64,000 bases of DNA from the NCBI GenBank assembly GCA_048885865.1, contig JBHLLF010000011.1, forward strand, positions 1 to 64,000, in the 5' to 3' direction. The notes under the pieces are model-generated. The model did no database searches and was not told where the DNA came from. It was given only the letters and a program-made list of their open reading frames with translations. A program made the position numbers and the translations under genes. This DNA comes from Candidatus Hermodarchaeota archaeon. Lineage in GTDB: Archaea > Asgardarchaeota > Thorarchaeia > Thorarchaeales > Thorarchaeaceae. This document shows, piece after piece, positions 20,168-29,831 of the stretch (position 1 is the first letter of the stretch; each line of letters opens with the position of its first letter).

Positions 20168-20914
20168 CTAGACCATCAAGAACCAAAACGCAGTGGTAGG
20201 ATAGAGAATCTGCCACATCACTATTGCAGTTAGAATTGGAATCAAGAAGTTGTCTGTCCAAGCAATACTCAGCAGCTCAATGACCGTTATCACCAATGCT
20301 ACTGTTGCTATTTGTGGGAGGACTAGCAACGGGGATGTTCCTGATGGGAAAATCAACATTGCAGTAGCAACTGAAAGGAGAGAAAATGCAAATACGGCAA
20401 GAGACCCTTCAAATGATTTGCCTTTGATTTGTTTCTTGATGAATCGGCAGCCAAACGGTCTTCCAATTACCTCACCAGCTGCATCACCCCAAGAAACCGC
20501 TAAAATCGATGCAACGATTATTTCTGGCTGTTGAAAGAAGAAGATGAATACCGATCCAAAAGCTATCATCCCCATAAAGCCAGCCGCAAATGTAGCCATT
20601 CTTTGATCACTCTGTCTGCTGCCAGCCAGTAGAAGTTCTTCTATGAGCGTGCTCTTGTGTGCCCATGCGTAGAGAAGTATAGTCAGGAATATGCCCGCCG
20701 CCAATGATGGCCCACTTAGATTGTTGTAATGCATAACAGTCAGTGCAATGATAGTCCCCATACTTATGTGTACAATCTTGCGGGGCTTCCATTTTGCTAC
20801 CCCTTGGGCGGCCCACTTGTACGCAATAGCCAAGACGATGCCTCCCAAGATACCAGTCGAAACGGCCATTATAATGTCAAGTGCATTGGGATCTCCAAAG
20901 ACTAGCTCCACCAT
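20168..20914 (-). CDS. Dolichol/phytol kinase (CTP-dependent polyprenol/diacylglycerol kinase) family
   Basis: RKIVHI, WGDAAGE.IG, GKSFEGS and DNFLIP motifs; multiple TM segments. Confidence 0.88.
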   Translation of the reverse strand: MVELVFGDPNALDIIMAVSTGILGGIVLAIAYKWAAQGVAKWKPRKIVHISMGTIIALTVMHYNNLSGPSLAAGIFLTILLYAWAHKSTLIEELLLAGSRQSDQRMATFAAGFMGMIAFGSVFIFFFQQPEIIVASILAVSWGDAAGEVIGRPFGCRFIKKQIKGKSFEGSLAVFAFSLLSVATAMLIFPSGTSPLLVLPQIATVALVITVIELLSIAWTDNFLIPILTAIVMWQILYPTTAFWFLMV

Positions 20915-20987
20915 AGCAGATTTGGAGAGTCAAACGGTCACATTTCTTTCTTGCTAGTCTGCAAGTCTGCTAGCATCTATCATGGTT

Positions 20988-23714
20988 CTAGAACTGACTT
21001 CCCCAAGATGCATATCGTTGTGCTCGTCTAGCGCGCATGATGACGACAATAACAATCACAATGATAACTCCACCACCGACCAATGAGATATTAGCAACAA
21101 TGAAGTTTACAATCTGATAGATGATGCCTGTCGAATTCCCCCATGCCGTCGTGGTAGTGGTTTCGGATTCGAATTGGACAATGTAGGTGAAGTTGCCTGA
21201 GAAATTCCAGTTTCCTAGTGTGTCACTTGCATGCACTCCAAAAGTCACATTGGTCCCCGCAGGAAATGTCGGAATGCTGCCAATCCAGATCACGCCGCTC
21301 AGAGTCATTGACATCTGGCCAAATGAGCCGCCATCAAGAAAGTATAGGATGTAAGCTTCTTCGACCCCGCTGGCATCTTCGATGATCGCACTCACGAGAA
21401 CAGGTTGACGCTGATTTGGATTCTCTGGAGTGAAGGTAACAGTAATCTCAGGTCCTTCTTGATCATCACCCGCAGTCACAGTGTATGTAAAATTCCCAGC
21501 AGAGTTTCCGTGGCCTAGATCATCCACTGCGTAGACCCAGAACAAAACAGTAGTCCCTGTGGGCTGCGCTGGAATATGACCAGACCATATACCTGCTTCA
21601 TAGTTTAGTTGTATAGTGCCACCATACTCTTCATCCAATAGAAAAACAATCTCCGCATTTGCGACTCCATCTGGGTCGGAAATGGTTGCAGCAACTGTAA
21701 CACTCTCATATTCGGTAGGAGTCTTAGGCCAGTAATCGACATCAATGGCAGGCCCCTCAGATTCATTTAGAACAACATAGGTATAATTGCCAGCAACATT
21801 CCAATTGTCAAGAGTATCTCTGGCATGTACTCCGAAAGACACGACTGTCCCTGCTGGCATTGCTGGAATCGAGCCAGTCCAGAAGAAACCATTTTGAGCT
21901 AATGGTACTTCGCCCCATGTCGAGTTCTCAAGAAACCAGAGTATTAGTGCCTCAGCAACTCCAGAATAATCCTCGATAGTCGCATTCACAAGCACGCTCT
22001 GATCTTTAGTAGGCTCTTCAGGCCAGAAGTAGACATCCAATATGTCAGGTCCATTAAGGTCGTCATCAGTAACGGTGTAGCTATCTAATCCAGTCACTCC
22101 CCAGTTGCCTGCTACATCAGCAGCATAGATTCGATATTCCACAAGCGTCTCATTAGGCTGGCCTGGAATGCTAGCTTCATATTGATTGCCGCCTACTGCA
22201 GTCATAGTCATGTTTATTGGATTCACTCCATTGACGAAGTATTCGAGAATGGCAGTCCCGATATCGCTTGAGTCAGTCACATTTGCAGTAACTATCGCCT
22301 CTTGACCAATCATTGGAAACCACGGATACCTCCAGGATACAATATCAGGACTCGTAGTGTCGCTGCCTGCGATAATGATGAAGTCGCCTCCGCGCGAACC
22401 CCAATTCCCAGCAATATCTTGAGCCATCACAATGAACTCCACATTGATGGGGGCAGGCTGGCCTGGGATCGTGGCAACGTAGCCATCTACCAACGGGGCC
22501 ATGGTGATATTGTACCACGGACCTACACCAACGCGGTATGAAAGCATCACCTGAATGATGCCGTTTCTATCATCTACAAGCGCAGTGATTTGTGTTGGCT
22601 GATTAGTAGGAACTACTATTGGCGGATCTACAAATGAAATCTCAGGCGGAATCCAATCGTATTTCATTGGAAACCGATCAACTGAGCCTGCCAATCCTTC
22701 AATTGGATAGACTCCTGTGCCATTGTAGTCGCTCCACCTATTGCCAATTGATATGCCATCATCCCAGGTGTTTGAACTGCCATTATCAAACCCATTCCCC
22801 CAAGAATTCCATGTGATATTATTCAGGAAAATCTGATTGCCTGTGGAATAAAGCCCCAAATGTACACCATAGCCACTCCCATCTATCACGTAATTTGTGT
22901 CTATTGTCGAGTCACTTGTGTTGAATAGATGAATCCCAGCTTCTACTCCCCCACTTCCTCCTCCTGAGCTTCCTGTCACGTTATTTCCAGAAATGAAACA
23001 GAACGCGCTCCCAAATAGCTCGATGCCCACAATTTGATTTCCTACTACCTTGTTGTTCGTTACATAGCAATCATGAGAATCCTGGATGTATGCGCCCCAC
23101 GAGTTATCGAATAGTCTATTTGCTTCCGCATAAACATGGTGAGAAGAGGACACAGAAATCCCATATACTGTGAATTCTACAGTGTTGTTGACAAGCAAGA
23201 CATCGTAGCTCATCAAAATATTGATGCCGCCAAAGTCACCATTTATTTCATTCCCCGAAACCTCAGATGAGTTGCAATTTCTTATTTCAATAGTGGACGA
23301 GTCATTCGAAGCAGCGTAGGCGACGCAGCTATCGATTATGCCACTCATCATATTAACGAATTTTACCGCACTTCCGGATATACCCATCCTCAATAGCCAG
23401 CAATTCTGAATTCTAAAATGAACATCTGTGTTGTTGACAATTATCGGTGTCACATCCGATGTGATATTGAAGCCTTCAATGATGTATGGATTGCCAATAG
23501 TTCCATTGCCAGGAAAACCATAAGATGAGAATGCGCTGTTATTCTGAATGTTGATAGGTTCAAAAGGGGTGTAAGATGCGGACTCGAATTGTCTATTTCG
23601 AGCGCTTACACTGGCCACATAGCTTGCATGCGGCGAGTCAAAATTCATACTTTGAAGTGACAGGATGGCTATTACAAGCAGGGCTGATATCACGCAGATT
23701 GCTCGTTTCCTCAT
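20988..23714 (-). CDS. Surface glycoprotein: NosD/CASH right-handed beta-helix plus about five Ig-like repeats and TM anchor
   Basis: G.GT..NPYIIEG, PbH1-like repeats, WDDGISIGNRWSDY, repeated P..PT....V.V.A.I.D..GV..A...G.IP..P.GT.V.F.V.A.D..GN; many N-x-S/T sequons. Confidence 0.85.
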   Translation of the reverse strand: MRKRAICVISALLVIAILSLQSMNFDSPHASYVASVSARNRQFESASYTPFEPINIQNNSAFSSYGFPGNGTIGNPYIIEGFNITSDVTPIIVNNTDVHFRIQNCWLLRMGISGSAVKFVNMMSGIIDSCVAYAASNDSSTIEIRNCNSSEVSGNEINGDFGGINILMSYDVLLVNNTVEFTVYGISVSSSHHVYAEANRLFDNSWGAYIQDSHDCYVTNNKVVGNQIVGIELFGSAFCFISGNNVTGSSGGGSGGVEAGIHLFNTSDSTIDTNYVIDGSGYGVHLGLYSTGNQIFLNNITWNSWGNGFDNGSSNTWDDGISIGNRWSDYNGTGVYPIEGLAGSVDRFPMKYDWIPPEISFVDPPIVVPTNQPTQITALVDDRNGIIQVMLSYRVGVGPWYNITMAPLVDGYVATIPGQPAPINVEFIVMAQDIAGNWGSRGGDFIIIAGSDTTSPDIVSWRYPWFPMIGQEAIVTANVTDSSDIGTAILEYFVNGVNPINMTMTAVGGNQYEASIPGQPNETLVEYRIYAADVAGNWGVTGLDSYTVTDDDLNGPDILDVYFWPEEPTKDQSVLVNATIEDYSGVAEALILWFLENSTWGEVPLAQNGFFWTGSIPAMPAGTVVSFGVHARDTLDNWNVAGNYTYVVLNESEGPAIDVDYWPKTPTEYESVTVAATISDPDGVANAEIVFLLDEEYGGTIQLNYEAGIWSGHIPAQPTGTTVLFWVYAVDDLGHGNSAGNFTYTVTAGDDQEGPEITVTFTPENPNQRQPVLVSAIIEDASGVEEAYILYFLDGGSFGQMSMTLSGVIWIGSIPTFPAGTNVTFGVHASDTLGNWNFSGNFTYIVQFESETTTTTAWGNSTGIIYQIVNFIVANISLVGGGVIIVIVIVVIMRARRAQRYASWGSQF

Positions 23715-23789
23715 AACTTATACCCCATAGTCTGAGAGATGTGCCCAGCTGGTCTAATTCTAGAAGTAAGATAAATTTAGCGGGATTCT

Positions 23790-24458
23790 ATGCCTCTCCT
23801 CGATAAACTTAAGAGAAAGCCCAAAGCAAATGATTCGAAAGATTATCTCCTCCCAAATTGGGCAATTGACATTGCTAACAAATCAACGAGTTACACTCGT
23901 TATGGACGCTTTGAGGCGAAGAAATTGAAGATGCGTGAGATACTGAGGATTGATGAACGCGGCAGACTTGTCATACCCAAATCTGCCCGAGAGTATCTTG
24001 GCATTGAGAATCATATTGAACTACTTGAGAAAAGCACCGACACAATCACAATCATAGCAATCATCACTCCAACTGATCGTGCACTAAGGCTGACATCAGT
24101 ATTTAGTGAAGACCACTCTACCACGCCCATAGTTGAAGGAGCTTTGAGAGATGGTGATGATGTAGTCCCTCTCGAAGTCAACAAAGCAGGAAGAATACAC
24201 ACGAGCAGAATTATCCGCAATATGCTAGAAATCACCCGCGATTCCTACTTGATAGCCATTCCTTTTGGTAGACAGGATGGTGTAAAGGAGCTTCGCATTA
24301 TCCCGCTCCTAGATGCCAGCGAGGCACTGATTGTGCGCATCATAAAGAAAAATGCTGTGGAGTGGAGAATACTCACCCCCATTCCTGATGACCCGGAGGC
24401 GCTGAAGAAACGAATCCTCATGATGAAGGGTGTTACGAAGGTAGACTTCTATCTTTGA
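23790..24458 (+). CDS. Protein with two AbrB/MazE/MraZ-type swapped-hairpin domains
   Basis: RIDERGRLVIPKSAREYLGI and EVNKAGRIHTSRIIRNMLEI. Confidence 0.7.
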   Translation: MPLLDKLKRKPKANDSKDYLLPNWAIDIANKSTSYTRYGRFEAKKLKMREILRIDERGRLVIPKSAREYLGIENHIELLEKSTDTITIIAIITPTDRALRLTSVFSEDHSTTPIVEGALRDGDDVVPLEVNKAGRIHTSRIIRNMLEITRDSYLIAIPFGRQDGVKELRIIPLLDASEALIVRIIKKNAVEWRILTPIPDDPEALKKRILMMKGVTKVDFYL

Positions 24459-24498
24459 CAGGTCAGACGCCCACCCAAAATCTTAAATAGAAGATATT

Positions 24499-24526
24499 TC
24501 CCAGATTGGGATGTCCCAAATTGGGA
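24499..24526. promoter_or_regulatory. Tandem palindromic operator TCCCA-N3-TGGGA x2
   Basis: TCCCAGATTGGGA (24499-24511) and TCCCAAATTGGGA (24514-24526), downstream of a TATA-like TTAAATA at 24483. Confidence 0.65.
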
Positions 24527-24533
24527 TACGAAC

Positions 24534-24659
24534 ATGAACGAACTTTGGAATGCAACCTTTCCTTACCTCCTCAAAAGCAAAGCAAATGGTTGGATTTGCA
24601 AGGGACCTGGTGGCGATGGGCCCTGGCCGGGGCTCATTGCCCCTTTACACTGCTTCTAA
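24534..24659 (+). CDS. Candidate 41-aa small peptide
   Basis: MNELWNATFPYLLKSKANGWICKGPGGDGPWPGLIAPLHCF. Fills the gap between converging genes and has its own TATA-like box and operator. Confidence 0.45.
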   Translation: MNELWNATFPYLLKSKANGWICKGPGGDGPWPGLIAPLHCF

Positions 24660-24676
24660 GAATCAACCAATAACTG

Positions 24677-25654
24677 CTATAGGGTCAGCCATGTTCCTAT
24701 GCCCTGTTCTATTGCCCGATGGTATATCAGCGGTGCCACAGCCATGTCATCCAATGCTAGCCCTAGATTCGCAGTCATATTCTTCTCTTCGCGGGTTTGC
24801 CGTCCTGATTTCACCCCTGCAACGAGCTCACCAAGATCTGCATGGACTGGCGGGATGTTCTGGAAGTAGCCAATCTCCTGGTAGTGTCTAAGCTGGGCAG
24901 TGTCATCAGTGCAGAATTTACTACTCTCGCAAAGCGCATCTGGATGCCAATAGGAATCAAAGTCCACAAGCGAGGCAAATGCACCCTCGTCCATCCAGCC
25001 GGCTTTGATAGTCGCATGAGGCTTTTTCAGAATTGGTCCAGCTGTTACAATTATGTCGCATCCTGTCACAGCCTGCTTGGGATTATCGACCAATTCAACT
25101 TCAAGACCAAACCTATCGCGTATCTCCTTTGCATAGAGTTTAGCTGAGTTCTTGCTTATGTCGTAGGCCATCACCTTCTCCAGAGGAAATCCCACCGCCA
25201 AGGCTTCGACATTGCTTCGTCCTTGTACACCACATCCCAATACTCCAACTGATGAAGAGTCATTTCTAGCAAGATATTTTGCTGAAATTGCTGTAGCAGC
25301 TCCTGTTCTCATTGCTGTTATCCAAATGCAGTCCATAACAGATATCGGTAAACCAGTATCTGAATCATTGAGAATCAATAGTCCCGAGATGTATGGAAGC
25401 CCTCTCTTCTCGTTCTCAGGGAAGCCGCTCACCCATTTCATTCCTGCAGATTTTAGGGCAGGGATGTATGCAGGCATTGCATGGATGAAATTGTCTCCGT
25501 CTCCGGGATGTATCCCAGGTTTTGGCGGCATTTCAACGCGCCCTTTCCCCTTCTCTCGAAATGCAACTTCCAACCCGTCCACGATTTCACTCATAGTGAG
25601 CCCGGTAGCGATAACGTCGGCCTGCGAAAGATAGAGCAAACGATTCTCTGACAT
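24677..25654 (-). CDS. Ornithine cyclodeaminase/mu-crystallin (archaeal alanine dehydrogenase-like) family
   Basis: HAMPA, GMKWVSGFPEN, ITAMRTGA, LGCGVQG and GLALDD.A.A motifs. Confidence 0.93.
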   Translation of the reverse strand: MSENRLLYLSQADVIATGLTMSEIVDGLEVAFREKGKGRVEMPPKPGIHPGDGDNFIHAMPAYIPALKSAGMKWVSGFPENEKRGLPYISGLLILNDSDTGLPISVMDCIWITAMRTGAATAISAKYLARNDSSSVGVLGCGVQGRSNVEALAVGFPLEKVMAYDISKNSAKLYAKEIRDRFGLEVELVDNPKQAVTGCDIIVTAGPILKKPHATIKAGWMDEGAFASLVDFDSYWHPDALCESSKFCTDDTAQLRHYQEIGYFQNIPPVHADLGELVAGVKSGRQTREEKNMTANLGLALDDMAVAPLIYHRAIEQGIGTWLTL

Positions 25655-25670
25655 ATTAGTTCACATCCTA

Positions 25671-26477
25671 TCAAATCTGTGGATCTCTCTCATCATTTGG
25701 ATTGAAACCATGGCGTTGGAGAATGGTAAAGAGAGCATCAGCGGACCACCTGCCTTGGCACATCTTTCTTGAAATGTGCTCACACCAAGAATACTGATCA
25801 AAGCCTATGTCATCTTTCCCTTCCTTCAGTTTGACCTTCGTTCTTTCTTTGACATAGTACCCCTGGGCCAACATCCCTTCATCCATCACTTTCATGCACT
25901 CGTCAATGTCACTGTCAGAGTGATCCAAATATGAGTCCTCAAATGCGCTATACTGAATCGGGAATCGAGGACGAATCTCTGTCTTCTCTGCAGGGTCCGG
26001 ATATCCCAAGTTCATGCCCACAACGGGAAACACACGGTTTGGAATATTGAAAGTCTCGGATATGATATCAGCACGGAGAGGGGCGTTCCCAAGGAGAACA
26101 GATCCAAGCCCTAATGCTTCAGCCGTAAGTGTGAGGTTCTCCACTGCCAAGGTGACATCCTGGATACCAAGCCATAGTGTCATCAGGTCATCGTATTCAT
26201 AGATGTGCCCGCGTTTGGCCATAATCTTCTCGAGGCGCCTTACATCGATCAAAAACACCAAGAGCAACGGAGCTGTGGGATATGACCCCATTCTCACCTT
26301 CTTCATCTTGGCCTTGTCCCGAGTATAGACTACCGAACAGAGCTGAGATGCAAATGGAGCTCTCATCCCTGCCTGCAGCACGTTTCTAAGAACCTCATCA
26401 GTCACTGGCGTGTCTAGAAACCATCGCATCGATCGTCTATTGTTGATAATCTCAAATATCGTCTCTACTTCAGTCAT
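25671..26477 (-). CDS. Nitroreductase / flavin reductase (NfsA-like)
   Basis: NRRSMRWF, AGMRAP, AEALGLGS, LGYP and RPRFP motifs. Confidence 0.9.
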   Translation of the reverse strand: MTEVETIFEIINNRRSMRWFLDTPVTDEVLRNVLQAGMRAPFASQLCSVVYTRDKAKMKKVRMGSYPTAPLLLVFLIDVRRLEKIMAKRGHIYEYDDLMTLWLGIQDVTLAVENLTLTAEALGLGSVLLGNAPLRADIISETFNIPNRVFPVVGMNLGYPDPAEKTEIRPRFPIQYSAFEDSYLDHSDSDIDECMKVMDEGMLAQGYYVKERTKVKLKEGKDDIGFDQYSWCEHISRKMCQGRWSADALFTILQRHGFNPNDERDPQI

Positions 26478-26562
26478 GATAGGAAGTGGGCGTACTTCTA
26501 ACCTATGAGGGTTACTGATTTCACTATGGAAACACAGAATAGCACTCATGAAAGAAAAAGAA

Positions 26563-26628
26563 GTGTGGGGCACAGATGCACATGCACCCTTGAGCTCACA
26601 GCTGAGTGTGCGCGTCTGCGTTCCACAC
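26563..26628 (-). terminator. Long imperfect hairpin followed by a U-tract on the minus strand, downstream of the ArsR-GyrI regulator
   Basis: GTGTGGGGCACAGATGCACATGC pairs imperfectly with GTGTGCGCGTCTGCGTTCCACAC. The minus strand then continues TTCTTTTTCTTT. Confidence 0.5.
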
Positions 26629-26643
26629 CATACTAATTTTGTA

Positions 26644-27507
26644 CTACTTCTTGATCGACCAATACAGATCCAGGATTAGGTCGTCTTCAGACGCACCTGG
26701 ATCATGTGCTCTCTCAAGGCATTGCTGATCTCCGAATTCGTACTTGCTGGACTTAATCCAATCACGTAGATATTTCCAAGCACCGATGAAATGATGTCCG
26801 TCTTCAAAGATGGGATCCGCTTTTAGAGGAGTTGTTGTAACAGCGAAAAGGCCGCCTTCGAATTCCTTGATTTCTATGTCGCCTTCAGGCTCAACATAGT
26901 CATCTACCTTGATCCAGAACTCATAACCATACTCTTCTTTTCCTGGAGACGGTTCTGGGTTGTTGAAACCGAAGACGGGGTTCTTCTTTACATCGTCCAA
27001 AAGACCGAGGGGTTCCGCCCATGCACGCAACTTGTTCCACGCTTCATTCTCCGGAGATTTGCTTATGGCTTGAACACTTGCTACCCGCATCGGTTCAAGC
27101 CTTTCTATTCGTACCTCGAGTTCGTCCATCTTGTCCTTCCTCTTGGTATGTACTCGTTGGATGTAGTCTACCCGACGAGCAGCCTCGTGCTCCTGCCTTC
27201 TCCTAGAGGAGGCATATGCGGCACTGATGGATCTGAGAAAGTCAGCACCATCAGAGCTTATCTTGTAAAGGCCTCGGCTGGCATGAACAATAATGCCGCT
27301 CTCTACTAGTCTATTGAGGTGATGTGCAAGTGCCGTCTTGCTGAGTCCCGTTATCTTAAGCAGCTCACTGAACTCTTGGGGCTCATGATATACAGATGTG
27401 AGAATCACCATTCTCGCTTTGCTCGCAATTGCACTCAGAATTGCAGCGACATCTGCCTCCGATCCAGAGACAGTTTCGCTGACATCATTTTCCTGCTTGT
27501 CGGTAAT
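26644..27507 (-). CDS. ArsR-type HTH plus GyrI-like effector-binding domain regulator
   Basis: ILSAIASKARMVILTSV...GLSKTALAHHLNRL HTH; EVRIERLEPMRVAS...YGYEFWI...GGLFAV GyrI domain. Helix 1 lies upstream of ATG 27411, so an ATT start at 27507 is proposed. Confidence 0.85.
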   Translation of the reverse strand: MTDKQENDVSETVSGSEADVAAILSAIASKARMVILTSVYHEPQEFSELLKITGLSKTALAHHLNRLVESGIIVHASRGLYKISSDGADFLRSISAAYASSRRRQEHEAARRVDYIQRVHTKRKDKMDELEVRIERLEPMRVASVQAISKSPENEAWNKLRAWAEPLGLLDDVKKNPVFGFNNPEPSPGKEEYGYEFWIKVDDYVEPEGDIEIKEFEGGLFAVTTTPLKADPIFEDGHHFIGAWKYLRDWIKSSKYEFGDQQCLERAHDPGASEDDLILDLYWSIKK

Positions 27508-27592
27508 GAGACCCCACCCATATGAGTCGCGGATGTAATGCCTATTAAATATTTTGCTGAACTATAGTACTAATTTTACTGAACAGTTATTG

Positions 27593-28165
27593 TCACTTGT
27601 CGATAAAGGAAAGCGTATCCCATTCCTCTATGGTTTCGAACATGGATTTGGATAATGATCTAATCTTATCATAAATCGACTTTGCAGTGGCCGTCTGGAG
27701 CAAAGAAGCCATCTGCTTTTGAATCTCTTCGGCTTCTCGAAATGCGACTCTGAAATCAATGTTCTTCTTTCGAGTCCGATAGACAACCTCTCTGACCAAT
27801 CCGTAGGGTCCTAAAGTCTGGAGCTTATCCGCATCAAAGACAACTTTGGCTTCTATGGTTCGTGCGGTATGTATCGTTGCTGGCTCTATGCATCTTACAC
27901 AATGAACGATTCTATCAATCATATTGGGAGAGACATTTATGCTAATGAGAAACTCATTGACTTGGCCAGCCCCCTCAGGGTGAAACTGGTGTAGGAGTGC
28001 ACCCATTCTGGCAATGAGCTCATCCGCCCCTTCCTTTCTGGCTAGGTAGCTGGATAGGCTAGCTGTCTTTTCACAATGATCTGCTCCATGTGTATCATCT
28101 AGTGACCGATACTTCTTCAGAGCAAATTCCTCTATCAGTGCCAACTGTCGGTCTGTCATCTGCAC
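27593..28165 (-). CDS. HD-domain metal-dependent phosphohydrolase-like protein
   Basis: THGADH, ALLHQ (HD changed to HQ) and VFDADKLQTLG motifs. Confidence 0.8.
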   Translation of the reverse strand: MQMTDRQLALIEEFALKKYRSLDDTHGADHCEKTASLSSYLARKEGADELIARMGALLHQFHPEGAGQVNEFLISINVSPNMIDRIVHCVRCIEPATIHTARTIEAKVVFDADKLQTLGPYGLVREVVYRTRKKNIDFRVAFREAEEIQKQMASLLQTATAKSIYDKIRSLSKSMFETIEEWDTLSFIDK

Positions 28166-28252
28166 CGTTCTGCACCCCTATCGTCTGGCGAACGATAGCA
28201 CGAATCTATCCAGTGCTGTATCTCATATATCCTCGTAATACTATATTGAGGA

Positions 28253-28861
28253 TTAGGCAACAGGTTGACGAATCACAGTCTTGAGCTTCTCAGGAGCAGT
28301 TCTTCGAGGATCGCTTAGGTAAATCTCGTGGTGCTTTCCTCTGAGCTTGAATCCCCGCTCTTCAGCATAGGAATGTAGTCTATCAATTGTAGGCTTTTCC
28401 TCGGACCAAGGACCTAGGTGCAAGATTTGCACTGAATAGCCCTCTCGATAAGACTCAAACCTAAGTTTTCGGAGGGCGACTGGATCCTTCTTCTCCTTGA
28501 CTTCTGGGATAGCCTCAAGGACATCACTTCTGGAAATGGGCTGTGGCTGCATAATCATTGAAGTCCAGTGCCACATTTCTTTTGAATCGATGTCAAAGCC
28601 CTCAGACCCTTCAACCCACCACAATCCCTCCAGAGGCATCACCGTATAATCAGCAATCTTTGCCTTTTTCAATTTGAACTTCAGTGTGAAAGAGGTGGCA
28701 TATAGAGCTTCCATCGCATCTTGGTATTCTTGGGCAGTATTGGGGTCGCCTCGCCCATCAATCATTAAGAAGTTCATCTGAGGCACGTCTACTTCTGATG
28801 GCTGCTTTGAAGATGGCTTATAGAACTCCTTCAAGACTCTCTTGTGGTCCACTTTCTTCAT
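28253..28861 (-). CDS. GyrI-like small-molecule-binding protein
   Basis: FLMIDGRGDPN, YTVMPLEGLWW, WTSMIMQP and HHEIYLSDPRR motifs. Confidence 0.9.
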   Translation of the reverse strand: MKKVDHKRVLKEFYKPSSKQPSEVDVPQMNFLMIDGRGDPNTAQEYQDAMEALYATSFTLKFKLKKAKIADYTVMPLEGLWWVEGSEGFDIDSKEMWHWTSMIMQPQPISRSDVLEAIPEVKEKKDPVALRKLRFESYREGYSVQILHLGPWSEEKPTIDRLHSYAEERGFKLRGKHHEIYLSDPRRTAPEKLKTVIRQPVA

Positions 28862-28914
28862 TGTCTTACACCTCGCCTGAATACCAATCCCGAAATCCTT
28901 ACGAGAATTCACTT

Positions 28915-29772
28915 CTATAAATTCCGGTGAACTGTATTTCTCTTGGATTTGCACACGATTCCCACTATTATGGCAAGCTCAACAGTGATTCCATAAATCA
29001 TGACAAGATCTATTCCAGTAGGCTCGGGTGATTCTGTTGAGTCTGTCGTAGCAATGGTCGATGTCGTAGGATTATTCATTGCTGGGCCGATTGCCACATC
29101 GTCGATGTAGAAGGTTCCGGGCGCGCCATTTGATGCATGATTCTGAAGTCGCAGATATGTGATTTCAAGGTCCTGAGGAGATGAGGGCGCGCCAAATACT
29201 GCAGCATAGTCAGCTACTATGGAGCGGTCAAGAATATGCCACTTGTTAGGCGACCAATTATAGAGGAGGTAATGGGCGCGCGTCACATTCGACTCTGCGT
29301 CACTGCCTGGATAACTGTATCCAGACCAGACGTAGTTTAGTCCCCTAACGACTTCTGTTTCGGTGTTATAGACTGCCACGATGAATGAAGCTCTGCCATA
29401 TTCACCGCATGTTATTCCGGTTCTAGTCGGAAATATCGCGGCGGAGAATCTAGTATCCTCAGTCACCGGTATAGGAGTGGAGAATACTTGGTCAACGAAG
29501 GCCCATATGTAGTATATAGAGTCCATTCGAAGTGCGTATGTTCCTGAGTATACTCGCGAGCTCTGTATTTGATTCTCTGCAGCATTCTCAATGTTGTCCC
29601 AAGAAGAAAAAGCTCCAGATTCGAATCCGGGATTACCTACAGGATTCTCTTGCGAAATCCAATGAGATTCACTAGGATCTAGTGAATGGGTGGTGCTAGA
29701 CAGTGACAACTCATATGATGAGAGTATCAGACCTATGAGAACGAGTCCACCTAGAATGAATCTGCCTCTCAC
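28915..29772 (-). CDS. Secreted galactose-binding-like/CBM jelly-roll protein with C-terminal TM
   Basis: Signal peptide, NPGFESG...SGTYAL...FYIDDV, Thr-rich stalk, TM. Confidence 0.7.
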   Translation of the reverse strand: MRGRFILGGLVLIGLILSSYELSLSSTTHSLDPSESHWISQENPVGNPGFESGAFSSWDNIENAAENQIQSSRVYSGTYALRMDSIYYIWAFVDQVFSTPIPVTEDTRFSAAIFPTRTGITCGEYGRASFIVAVYNTETEVVRGLNYVWSGYSYPGSDAESNVTRAHYLLYNWSPNKWHILDRSIVADYAAVFGAPSSPQDLEITYLRLQNHASNGAPGTFYIDDVAIGPAMNNPTTSTIATTDSTESPEPTGIDLVMIYGITVELAIIVGIVCKSKRNTVHRNL

Positions 29773-29831
29773 GGATTTCCACTTACAGCTCCTGTAATCT
29801 TCAGTGGCTTAAATCTCCTGCCCATTTCTCT

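Noticed and set aside
24550-24891. 113-aa + strand ORF
   Set aside because: Mostly antisense to the cyclodeaminase gene. The 41-aa ORF in another frame fits the gap and promoter better.
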